From positions 48,474-112,473 of the forward strand of contig JBJKVO010000016.1 in NCBI GenBank assembly GCA_045562555.1: a stretch of 64,000 bases of DNA. Direction: 5' to 3'. Made by a program: the position numbers and the translations under genes. How positions within the stretch are numbered: position 1 is the first letter of the stretch; each line of letters starts with the position of its first letter. This document shows, in pieces, positions 56,236-64,000 of this stretch. The notes under the pieces were generated by a model, which saw nothing but the letters and a program-made list of their open reading frames with translations, searched no databases and was not told the DNA's origin. This DNA is from Dehalococcoidia bacterium. GTDB lineage: Bacteria; Chloroflexota; Dehalococcoidia; Lucifugimonadales; UBA3495.

Positions 56236-57489
56236 TTAATGATCGTGAGGCCTTTTCCCTATCGGCGTGAATATTATTAGGATTAGTGCCACGACGAAAA
56301 TAGCTGATACGAAATAGAATGTATAAGTGATCCCGTAGTACTCTGATATCCAACCCGATACTAAAATACCGACGAACACCATCCCTGCTCTTGCTGCTCC
56401 TAAGAACCCCATAGTGGTTGCAGCAACGCCTTCTCCAACAATGTCTAATGCGGCGGCTGTAAGAATAGGTTGATCACCAAAGAGGAAAGTGCCTAACAAA
56501 AGCAGTACTGGCACGAGAATTAACAAGTTTCCTCCTGAGAATGGTAGTGCGATACTCGTTATAGCTAACAAAAACAAACCAGGCACCAGGATTTGCTTTC
56601 TCCCGTACTTGTCGGAAAGATAACCTGTAACAGGCGTTGATACAATCCCTGTGGCAAGTAGTAAGCCCATGAGAATTCCTACCACCTCAAAACCTAATCC
56701 CAAGGTTTCCGTTGCATAGATAGCAAAGAAAGTCATTATGCTGACTTGAGCGGTGCCTCTTAGTCCCCCCACTACTGTTATAAACCATAATGCTGGAATC
56801 TTAACTAGTTCTTTCGTAGCTTGAAGTTGCTGTTTGCCGGTTGCTTCTCTGGCTTCAGCCGTGTTTCCAATGTTTTTAAAAGCCCAGTAGACTAAAAGAG
56901 TCAACAAAAGGGGTACTACCACGTAGATTGTTAAAATTTGTTGCCATACTAGGTAGCCCAATAGGAAACCAGTGGCAATCGGCGCCAACACATCTCCTAG
57001 TTGTCCTCCAACTCCGTGGAATGAAAGAGCAGTCCCTCTATGTCCATGACTAAAATGATGAGACAGTGCTGACATCGCTGGCAAGTGCCAGATTGTAGCA
57101 GCAGCCCCGACTAATGCCATTCCTAAAAGCAATAATGGATACATTGGCATCCATCCCGATACTGCCATTACGAGCCATCCGATTCCAAATAAAAACATAC
57201 AGAATGCTAAGACCAGACCCCAATATCTTCTTAAGTAGTCGGTGATGACTCCGCCTGGCAGAGAAATTAGTCCTCCTACAAGCTCTCGGGTTCCTGTAAT
57301 TCCTGCTACTTGTACATCAGTTATCCCAAATGTGGCTTTAACTGCTGGCAACATTATAAAAAAACTTTGACTAAACCAATGAAATATGCCGTGCCCGCTA
57401 GTTAACCCACTTAGTATAAAATTCTTGTTTCCTCTGATACCTGAATCTTCAGCGTGGTGATCTCCGTGTCCGTGTCCGTGTTGACTCAT
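56236..57489 (-). CDS. MFS transporter with a His-rich N-terminus
   Basis: About 12 TM helices. The ATG at 57489 lies 5 nt after GGAGGA, whereas the track TTG at 57501 overlaps that RBS. N-terminus MSQHGHGHGDHHAEDSG. Confidence 0.78.
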   Translation of the reverse strand: MSQHGHGHGDHHAEDSGIRGNKNFILSGLTSGHGIFHWFSQSFFIMLPAVKATFGITDVQVAGITGTRELVGGLISLPGGVITDYLRRYWGLVLAFCMFLFGIGWLVMAVSGWMPMYPLLLLGMALVGAAATIWHLPAMSALSHHFSHGHRGTALSFHGVGGQLGDVLAPIATGFLLGYLVWQQILTIYVVVPLLLTLLVYWAFKNIGNTAEAREATGKQQLQATKELVKIPALWFITVVGGLRGTAQVSIMTFFAIYATETLGLGFEVVGILMGLLLATGIVSTPVTGYLSDKYGRKQILVPGLFLLAITSIALPFSGGNLLILVPVLLLLGTFLFGDQPILTAAALDIVGEGVAATTMGFLGAARAGMVFVGILVSGWISEYYGITYTFYFVSAIFVVALILIIFTPIGKRPHDH

Positions 57490-57607
57490 ATCTTCCTCCA
57501 ATTCGTCGTAATATACACCTTATCCCGATAGTTAGGAAGACATTTCTGACAAGTTTAGACGGATTATATCTGTTTGCTTTGATAAAATTCATCCACAGGA
57601 GTTGCAG

Positions 57608-58195
57608 TTGCGTATCGGTGAAGTTATACAATCTAGTTCGGTGAATTTCATAGCTCAAGGCTATGACCTTAATTCTCCTCCGCCTTTGGGATTGTTTGTT
57701 ACGGCGGGACTGGAAGTTCCAAATACGATAGGAATTGTTCAAAATGTTCGAGTGGAGCCATTTGATCCATCCAGGCCTGTTCTTGCTAGGGGTAAGACCC
57801 TTGAAACCGAGCAAGAGGTATTTAGGGAAAGTCCTCAATTGCTCGACTTGCTTACCATCAGATTCGATTGTTTGATAGTTGGGTACCAAACTGACGCCAG
57901 AATTGTAGAAGGATTAGCAGTAACGCCTCCTATGATCCATTCGTTTGTTGATAGTAGCGACAAACGAATCCAGGAAAAATTGGCCACGAGCCCCAGTTTT
58001 GTCAAAACGTTATTGAATTCCTCTATGGTTGACCCAGACGCATTATTTATAGCTAGTATGAGACAATTGGCGAACACTTTTGAAGAAGAAACCTATAATC
58101 GGTTATGTGTGATTATTCAAGGAAATCTGACACGAGAACTTTCTAGAGACTCTTCCAGGCTGATTAACATTTTGCGGTACATAGGAGCTGTTTGA
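57608..58195 (+). CDS. Small protein resembling a stand-alone HerA N-terminal (HAS-barrel-like) module; function unknown
   Basis: The TTG at 57608 lies 6 nt after AGGAG. The N-terminus RIGEVIQSSSVNFIAQ...LGLFVTAG...TIGIVQNVRVE parallels KIGTVVGGSLSQGTDVKL...GHFITIRG...FFGVVTDISLE of the next gene. Its TGA overlaps the next ATG by 1 nt. Confidence 0.5.
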   Translation: MRIGEVIQSSSVNFIAQGYDLNSPPPLGLFVTAGLEVPNTIGIVQNVRVEPFDPSRPVLARGKTLETEQEVFRESPQLLDLLTIRFDCLIVGYQTDARIVEGLAVTPPMIHSFVDSSDKRIQEKLATSPSFVKTLLNSSMVDPDALFIASMRQLANTFEEETYNRLCVIIQGNLTRELSRDSSRLINILRYIGAV

Positions 58196-59826
58196 TGAAC
58201 CAAGGAATTGGTAGGTATCACGAAGATAAAATTGGCACCGTAGTAGGTGGATCTCTGTCACAAGGTACGGATGTAAAACTAGAGGCTGAGACCTCCGTGG
58301 AAGAAATAAAATCTGGTCATTTTATTACTATTAGAGGCTCAACACGTAGGTTTTTCGGAGTTGTGACTGACATCTCTTTGGAACAAAGCGATCCGTCCAT
58401 ATCCCATCAGGTCACGGGGGATATAGGAGACCACATACTTCAAGCTTTGAAAGGAACAATGACATACGGCAAAGTTTCTGTATCAACCAATTTGGTATTA
58501 CCTCTGGTTGAAGGTTCAGGAGATTCTGTTGAGCCAGCAAAATCTATTCCAGATCAATTCTCTTCTGTACACATGGCTTCCGAGAGAGATATCCAGACAG
58601 TGTTTGGAGAAGAGGACGAAGATCACTTTTGGGTGGGTAGCCCGCTGGACATGGAAACTAAGGTATGTATGGACTTGGATGAATTCGTCAAACGGTCCGT
58701 CGGTGTCTTTGGTAAAAGTGGCACAGGGAAAACCTTTTTAACACGGTTATTACTTGTGGGAGTTCTTCAATACGACAAAGCTTCAGCCTTGATATTTGAT
58801 ATGCATAGTGAATATGGCCAAACGGGACAAGATACTGACAGAAACATGACAGTAAAAGGGCTTAAACAATTATTCCCAGAGAAAGTAAGCGTATTTACAC
58901 TGGACGAGGAAAGCTCACGCCGTAGAAACTCTTCGTACGATGTTGAAGCTAAAATTGGGTATAGCGAGATTGAGCCTGAAGATCTAGAACTACTGAGAGA
59001 AAGTTTGAATTTGTCTGATGTCGCCGTAAACGCAGCATACTTCTTAGAACAAAAATATGGAGCGCGGAAATGGTTCGAACAATTTATTAGTTTGAATGGT
59101 ACTGAAGAAGTGTATGATCTTGCTCAGGAACTAGGAGTGGCACCCCAGGCGTTGAGAGCTTTGTATGAACGACTGAACCGGTTTAAGAGATTTGGGTTCT
59201 TAGTTTCAGATGCGAACCAAAATGTAGCTATGCAAATTATAGAACATGTCGAAAAAGGAAATCATGTCGTCCTGGAGTTTGGCAGATATGGAGACGATCT
59301 GGCTGCTTATATTCTCGTCAGCAATTTGCTATCCCGCAGAGTGCATCGTAGATATGTTGAAATGAAAGAACAGGCAGTTGGGAGCGGCAGTGGAGAACCG
59401 AGACCAGTCATGATTGTGCTTGAAGAAGCCCATAAATTCTTGAATCCCGGTATAGCTAACCAAACCATATTTGGAACCATAGCTAGGGAATTACGGAAAT
59501 ACAACGTTACTATCATGGTAATTGACCAGCGTCCAAGTGCAATTGATAATGAGGTCATGAGTCAATTAGGCACTCGAATGACATGTCTGCTAGATAACGA
59601 ACGAGATGTTGATAGTGTCTTGTCGGGGGTGTCTGGTAGCAGGCAACTCCGAACCGTGTTGGCACGGATGGAACCTAAACAACAAGCTCTTGTATTTGGG
59701 CATGCGGTACCGATGCCGATAGTGCTTAAAACTCGCACTTATGGGACCCCGGAATTTTACGAATCAATTAATAAATCCCCTAATCCTTCCAAGGATTTAC
59801 AGACTGAAATCGACGAATTATTCTGA
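58195..59826 (+). CDS. HerA/FtsK-superfamily P-loop ATPase (DUF87-type)
   Basis: The ATG at 58195 lies 7 nt after AGGAG. N-terminal barrel region, Walker A GVFGKSGTGKTF, Walker B/DEAH-like VMIVLEEAHKF, and downstream VIDQRPS. Confidence 0.8.
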   Translation: MNQGIGRYHEDKIGTVVGGSLSQGTDVKLEAETSVEEIKSGHFITIRGSTRRFFGVVTDISLEQSDPSISHQVTGDIGDHILQALKGTMTYGKVSVSTNLVLPLVEGSGDSVEPAKSIPDQFSSVHMASERDIQTVFGEEDEDHFWVGSPLDMETKVCMDLDEFVKRSVGVFGKSGTGKTFLTRLLLVGVLQYDKASALIFDMHSEYGQTGQDTDRNMTVKGLKQLFPEKVSVFTLDEESSRRRNSSYDVEAKIGYSEIEPEDLELLRESLNLSDVAVNAAYFLEQKYGARKWFEQFISLNGTEEVYDLAQELGVAPQALRALYERLNRFKRFGFLVSDANQNVAMQIIEHVEKGNHVVLEFGRYGDDLAAYILVSNLLSRRVHRRYVEMKEQAVGSGSGEPRPVMIVLEEAHKFLNPGIANQTIFGTIARELRKYNVTIMVIDQRPSAIDNEVMSQLGTRMTCLLDNERDVDSVLSGVSGSRQLRTVLARMEPKQQALVFGHAVPMPIVLKTRTYGTPEFYESINKSPNPSKDLQTEIDELF

Positions 59827-59827
59827 C

Positions 59828-60661
59828 ATGGAAGTAGTCACTCAAATACACCAAGTCAGACGTATCCGTAGTCAATTTAGTCATGGCATTGGTTGTGTTT
59901 TGACTATGGGTGCTATACATGAGGGACACCTTTCTCTTATACGAAGATCAGTACAGGAAAATAATCAAACGATTTGCAGTATATTCGTTAATCCATTGCA
60001 ATTTCCTGATAAAAATGACTTAGCTTTGTACCCTGGGACTTTGGAAAAAGATTTGGGCGAAATGCAGAAAGCGGGTGTTGACGTTGTATTTGTTCCTGCT
60101 TCTGAGGAGATGTATGACGAAGATCCGGTCACAAAAATGTCATTTCCGGGGATAGCAGACGTTTATGAAGGTCGAGATAGGCCTGGGCACTTTGAAGGAG
60201 TAGGAATTGCTGTCACTAAGCTGCTTAATATTATAAGACCGCATATAGCATACTTCGGAGAAAAAGATTTCCAACAGTTAGCCTTGATTAAGGCTTTGGT
60301 TAAGGATCTTAATTTTGATACCCAGATTAGGAGTTGTGAAACTATACGCGAATCGAACGGCCTGGCGATCAGCAGTAGGAACAGCATGTTAAATGAAGAT
60401 GGCAAACGAACGGCTGGCTCACTTTCTAAGATGTTATATATGGCATGTGATTCTAGAGGAAGAGGCCAAGCTTTGAGAGATATTGAATCAAACGCAATCT
60501 ATGAATTGTCCAATATCAGAGGAATTGACGCCGTGCATTATTTTAAGTTCGTTAGCAGGGACACCTTGCGTCCGGTTGATAACAATAAAGAGCCATGCGT
60601 ACTACTTGCTGCTGTCACCGTTCAAGGAGTGAGGCTAATCGATAATTTAATTATCGACTAA
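59828..60661 (+). CDS. panC: Pantoate--beta-alanine ligase
   Basis: TMGAIHEGHLSLI (HIGH-type motif), FVNPLQF and YFGEKDFQQ. The ATG at 59828 lies 1 nt after the ATPase stop. The longer N-terminus in the track is an overlap artefact. Confidence 0.92.
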   Translation: MEVVTQIHQVRRIRSQFSHGIGCVLTMGAIHEGHLSLIRRSVQENNQTICSIFVNPLQFPDKNDLALYPGTLEKDLGEMQKAGVDVVFVPASEEMYDEDPVTKMSFPGIADVYEGRDRPGHFEGVGIAVTKLLNIIRPHIAYFGEKDFQQLALIKALVKDLNFDTQIRSCETIRESNGLAISSRNSMLNEDGKRTAGSLSKMLYMACDSRGRGQALRDIESNAIYELSNIRGIDAVHYFKFVSRDTLRPVDNNKEPCVLLAAVTVQGVRLIDNLIID

Positions 60662-61657
60662 CTTTGAGTTAACTCCCTTACCGTTTCTGTCAATGCAGGC
60701 AGGATATTTTCCCAGTCACCTACTATCCCATACTTGGCATCTTTGAAAATGTTAGCTTCAGGATCTTTATTTATCGCAACGATCACTTTGGATCCAGTGC
60801 ATCCCGCCATGTGCTGACTTGCTCCCGAAATCGCTACAGTAATGTAAACGTCTGGCGTGATTGTCTTCCCGGTAAGACCGACTTGCTGGCTGTGCGGGAT
60901 CCATCCAGAATCAACTGCTGCGCGAGAAGCTCCAACAGCTCCTTCTAAGAGATCTGCGAGTTCTCCGAGTTGTTCAAATGGTTCGGGGCCTCCCAGTCCT
61001 CGCCCGCCCGCTACTACTATTCGAGCGTCTTCTAGCTGAATTCCTTCAGCTTCTTCCGTTACTGTCTCTACCGTTTGCACTTTGATTACATCATCAGGGA
61101 TTTCTATTTCTAGGACTTCTACTTCCCCGGTTCTGTCAGATTCAGGTTCCAATGCCTCATAGGCTTTTGGTCTAATGGCGGCCATTTGGGGATCGCTTTT
61201 GCAGTCCACGATCGCGATAGCGCTTCCTCCGTATACTGGTCGATTTGCAAGCATGCGATTAGTGTCTGTGTCTATTGAAACTTCAAGGCAGTCCTGAGCA
61301 AGTCCAGTGCCTAGTCTAAAAGCTACTCTAGCTGCTAGTTCCCTGCCTTCCATGTTCCTGCTGATTAGAATGATGGCCGGGTCCACTTTGTCAGCAGTGC
61401 ATGTCATTGCATAGACATAAGAATCAGAGTTATATGATGTCAAAATCTCATTCGGGATGAAATAAACTTTGTCTGCCCCTCGATGGAAAACACACCTCTT
61501 GTGCAATTGTCTCGTCTTGTGTGCCTAACACGGCAATACTAACTTTCATTCCATTTTGATTCGCCATTTCAGCCGCAGGGTTCAGTAAGTCGAATCCTGA
61601 AGGCTCCAGGGATCCGTCTTTGATGTAACTGAGAATTAAAATTTCTTGAGAGGGCAT
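60658..61657 (-). pseudogene. etfA: Electron transfer flavoprotein alpha subunit, reading frame broken by an apparent 1-nt insertion near 61487-61496
   Basis: The N-terminal 55 or so residues (MPSQEILILSYIKDGSLEPSG...DETIAQEV) are in ORF 61448-61657. The remainder (FHRGADKVYFI...GASQHMAG...) is in ORF 60658-61506, one frame over. Removing one base from GTGTGTTTT restores ...AQEVVFHRGADKVY.... Confidence 0.85.
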
Positions 61658-61678
61658 TGTTATCTCCTTAATATTGGG

Positions 61679-62479
61679 TCAGATTAGTTTATCTTCTCGA
61701 AGTCTAAGAGCTAGATTTTTTGCCGCTTCTATCTCGTCATTTCCTTCTATAAATTCGCATTCTTGGTTGCTTACTGGGACGAACAAGTCCCTGAGGTGGA
61801 CTTTGGGTTCCAATGTAGAGGTGTCAAGATCTAAATCATTTGTGGTCCACACTGTTGGTTTTTTTCGGGTAGCCGCCATTATTCCTCGTAAGGTTGGGTA
61901 CCTAGGTTGTCCCAATTCGTTGCTAACAGTAACTACGCATGGGAGACTACTTTCCATGACTTCGTAACCTTCTGAGGTTACTCGTTCTACCCGGACTTTG
62001 TCTTTGACGACGTCTACCTTCTTACCTAACGTGATGCAGGGCATTCCTAATAATTCTGCTAGTCCCAGAGGAAGTTGAGCATTATCCCAGTCAGAGGCTT
62101 GTCTACCGCAAATGATCAGGTCGAACCCTCCTAGTTTTTCGATAGAGGATGCCAGTATTGTGGCAATAGAAAATGTATCTATAGTGTTACCAAAAGCCTC
62201 ATCATCTAATAATACTAGCTCGTCCGCTCCCATTGAGAGTGGTTTCTTCATCACATCTAACGCAAAGTTGGTTCCTGATGAGATTACGGTCACTGACGCT
62301 TGTAAAGCGTCTTTAAGTAGTAACGCAGCTTCTACAGCGTTTTCGTCAAATCCATTGACTACTGGGGGAATGGTGCTAGGTGTAGTGACCTGTTTCAGCG
62401 TGTCATCTATTTTGAAGGCTGAGGGGGGCATATCTGGGTCTACCACTTGTTTGGCAAGGACTGCTATCTTTATCGACAA
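61679..62479 (-). CDS. etfB: Electron transfer flavoprotein beta subunit
   Basis: KIAVLAKQVVDPD at the N-terminus and DLIICGRQASDWDNAQ. 266 aa. TTG start 8 nt after AGGAG. Directly upstream of etfA. Confidence 0.9.
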   Translation of the reverse strand: MSIKIAVLAKQVVDPDMPPSAFKIDDTLKQVTTPSTIPPVVNGFDENAVEAALLLKDALQASVTVISSGTNFALDVMKKPLSMGADELVLLDDEAFGNTIDTFSIATILASSIEKLGGFDLIICGRQASDWDNAQLPLGLAELLGMPCITLGKKVDVVKDKVRVERVTSEGYEVMESSLPCVVTVSNELGQPRYPTLRGIMAATRKKPTVWTTNDLDLDTSTLEPKVHLRDLFVPVSNQECEFIEGNDEIEAAKNLALRLREDKLI

Positions 62480-62580
62480 TTTTTTGCTCCTAGCTCTCAG
62501 ATGTGTTTGTTAGAGCTAAGTAATTATTATAAAATATAAATGTAACAATTTCACCTATGTTTAGGAGGATGACTCATCCA

Positions 62581-63447
62581 ATGAACACTATCAAAACATT
62601 TTTCTTTCTGATTATTATGTCTTTTCTGCTATTAATTGCGGGAGCTGCCATAGGAGGAGAAGCAGGTATCATATTTGCTTTGATCTTCGCTATAGCTATG
62701 AATTTCGGAGCATATTGGTTTAGCGACAAAATAGCCTTGAAAATGGCCCATGCGACACAAATACAACGAGAATCATCTCCTGAATTATTTGACCTTGTTG
62801 AAAACCAGGCTACTCGCGCAGAATTGCCCATGCCTAAAGTCTATTTGATTGAAACAGAGATCCCGAATGCTTTCGCCACTGGGAGAAACCCCGCAAATGC
62901 TACAGTAGCGGTTACCGCAGGGGCAATCAAATTATTGGACGAGAGAGAATTAGGTGCTGTTTTAGCTCATGAAATGGCTCATGTTGGTAATCGAGACACA
63001 CTTATTATGGCAGTGGTTGCTACGATTGCAGGTGCTATATCGATGCTTGCGTGGATGGCTCAGATTTCGGCGTTATTCTCCTCGTTTGGGGGGAACAGCA
63101 GAGATGGTAGAGGCGGAAATATCATAGGGTTGCTGTTTGTGGCGATAATCATGCCCCTAGCTGCCACCATCGTACGTATGGCTATTTCCAGATCAAGAGA
63201 ATTTCAAGCGGACTATACTGGGGCTCATACCTCTGGTGATCCATTAGCTTTGGCCAGCGCTTTAGAAAAACTCGACGGGTATGCGCGTTCTACCACAATG
63301 AAAGTATCTGAAAGCGCGTCCCATATGTTTATAGTAAATCCTTTTTCTGGCAAAAACATGGCTAAGCTGTTTTCTACCCATCCTCCTACTGCTGAGCGGG
63401 TTGAGCGACTCAAAGAACTTGAAGAAGGGTGGAGGAAGTTAGTTTAG
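62581..63447 (+). CDS. htpX: Zinc metalloprotease HtpX (M48 family)
   Basis: MNTIKTFFFL N-terminus, NAFATG, and HEMAHV zinc motif with a downstream EFQAD. The ATG at 62581 is preferred over the track start at 62557. Confidence 0.9.
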   Translation: MNTIKTFFFLIIMSFLLLIAGAAIGGEAGIIFALIFAIAMNFGAYWFSDKIALKMAHATQIQRESSPELFDLVENQATRAELPMPKVYLIETEIPNAFATGRNPANATVAVTAGAIKLLDERELGAVLAHEMAHVGNRDTLIMAVVATIAGAISMLAWMAQISALFSSFGGNSRDGRGGNIIGLLFVAIIMPLAATIVRMAISRSREFQADYTGAHTSGDPLALASALEKLDGYARSTTMKVSESASHMFIVNPFSGKNMAKLFSTHPPTAERVERLKELEEGWRKLV

Positions 63448-64000
63448 AATATAGCTATCGGATTCACCGGGGAACCAGTGACCTTATTAAGTTTCAAGGG
63501 GCCTATAGTTAACATAAAGTCGTATTTGTTGGCTTGAGAGCAATATTGTGAAAGTTCTTTTAGGTTACAGTTGTCGATCAACCACAAGCCCATTGTGACC
63601 AAGCACATAATGTGCATAGGCGAAGTAGTCGTTTCGGGGTAATGGGTTGGCCTGATGTCATTTGATGTGTCCGTCCCCAACATTGCGATTCCTCTCTGTT
63701 TGAACCATGGAGCACAGGCAACTTGGCAGGCTGTCATTGGATGTAAATGGTCGACGGCCCCTTCTGCCAGGCGTCTCTCATAATTTCCGGTGTGAACGAG
63801 AAGGATATCTCCTTCTTCTACTCTGACTCCTTGGCGTAATTCAGCCGCCTCCAGATCTTCAGGAAATACAGGTTCGTCAGCATTTAACCACGTTTTTCCT
63901 TTTAGGGCTGCGATATCTAGTAACACTCCTCGGGTAACTAGCCCCGACCCTGTCGCCTCAATAGAATGGCTCTGCGCGCCATCTTTAGATGTTACTAAAT
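63444..64000 (-). CDS. Cyclase-family protein (kynurenine formamidase-like); the 5' end lies outside the window
   Basis: The frame stays open upstream of the track's GTG (63926) to the window edge (...EATGSGLVTRGVLLDIAAL...). RGVLLDI and LVHTG...GIAMLGTD are typical of the putative-cyclase fold. 4-nt overlap with the htpX 3' end. Confidence 0.7.
   Translation of the reverse strand, partial: LVTSKDGAQSHSIEATGSGLVTRGVLLDIAALKGKTWLNADEPVFPEDLEAAELRQGVRVEEGDILLVHTGNYERRLAEGAVDHLHPMTACQVACAPWFKQRGIAMLGTDTSNDIRPTHYPETTTSPMHIMCLVTMGLWLIDNCNLKELSQYCSQANKYDFMLTIGPLKLNKVTGSPVNPIAIF

Noticed and set aside
57449-57889. A 146-aa minus-strand ORF spanning the MFS/HerA-partner divergent region.
   Set aside because: It overlaps the MFS start, the intergenic promoter region and the plus-strand gene. 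Its basic, Arg-rich translation is typical of out-of-frame reading.
1-64000. A search for CRISPR arrays, IS elements or transposases, integrases, prophage genes and rRNA.
   Set aside because: No regularly spaced direct repeats were seen. No terminal inverted repeats flank any ORF, and no recombinase or transposase motifs appear in any frame. The window looks like core chromosome rather than an accessory island.

Overview
This is an AT-rich, very compact bacterial chromosomal window. Bacterial origin is supported by a type-A RNase P RNA, tRNA-Ala(UGC), gatCA and lipobox signal peptides. Many genes abut or overlap by 1-11 nt, and TTG/GTG starts are common. I support about 65 CDS and see no rRNA, CRISPR array, transposase, integrase or phage gene.

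Housekeeping content:
- A pyrB-pyrC-carA-orf-carB operon preceded by a leader terminator, with pyrF elsewhere.
- panB and panC at two separate loci.
- gatC-gatA, etfB-etfA (etfA interrupted by a 1-nt frameshift) and htpX.
- A thiolase and an SbcD/Mre11-like nuclease.

Transport content:
- A LivK-type binding protein, a fused LivH-LivM permease, LivG and LivF.
- An Fe(III)-type ABC system split into divergent operons together with a DtxR-family repressor.
- Three MFS transporters and one MMPL/RND-type transporter.

The enzyme mix (LLM monooxygenase, GMC oxidoreductase, cyclase, SDRs, hotdog hydratases) resembles streamlined marine heterotrophs such as SAR202-type Chloroflexota. I cannot verify that taxonomic guess without a search.

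Most interesting observations:
1. Two ORFs in the supplied track (30315-30614 and 30069-30293, minus strand) are one gene. It is interrupted only by an in-frame TGA and reads D-U-G-S-C-S-A-C, a likely selenocysteine protein with a UxxCxxC motif and a hairpin just downstream of the UGA.
2. That gene ends a tightly coupled operon: thiolase, GMC flavoprotein, NHL propeller, 356-aa unknown, selenoprotein.
3. A HerA/FtsK-type ATPase is translationally coupled to a small stand-alone protein that resembles its own N-terminal barrel, and it runs straight into panC.
4. A ComD/ComE-like split TPP decarboxylase is followed by a 2-TM micro-protein and a second beta-subunit paralog in which all cofactor motifs have degenerated.

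All product calls rest on motif recognition by eye. No database search was possible.
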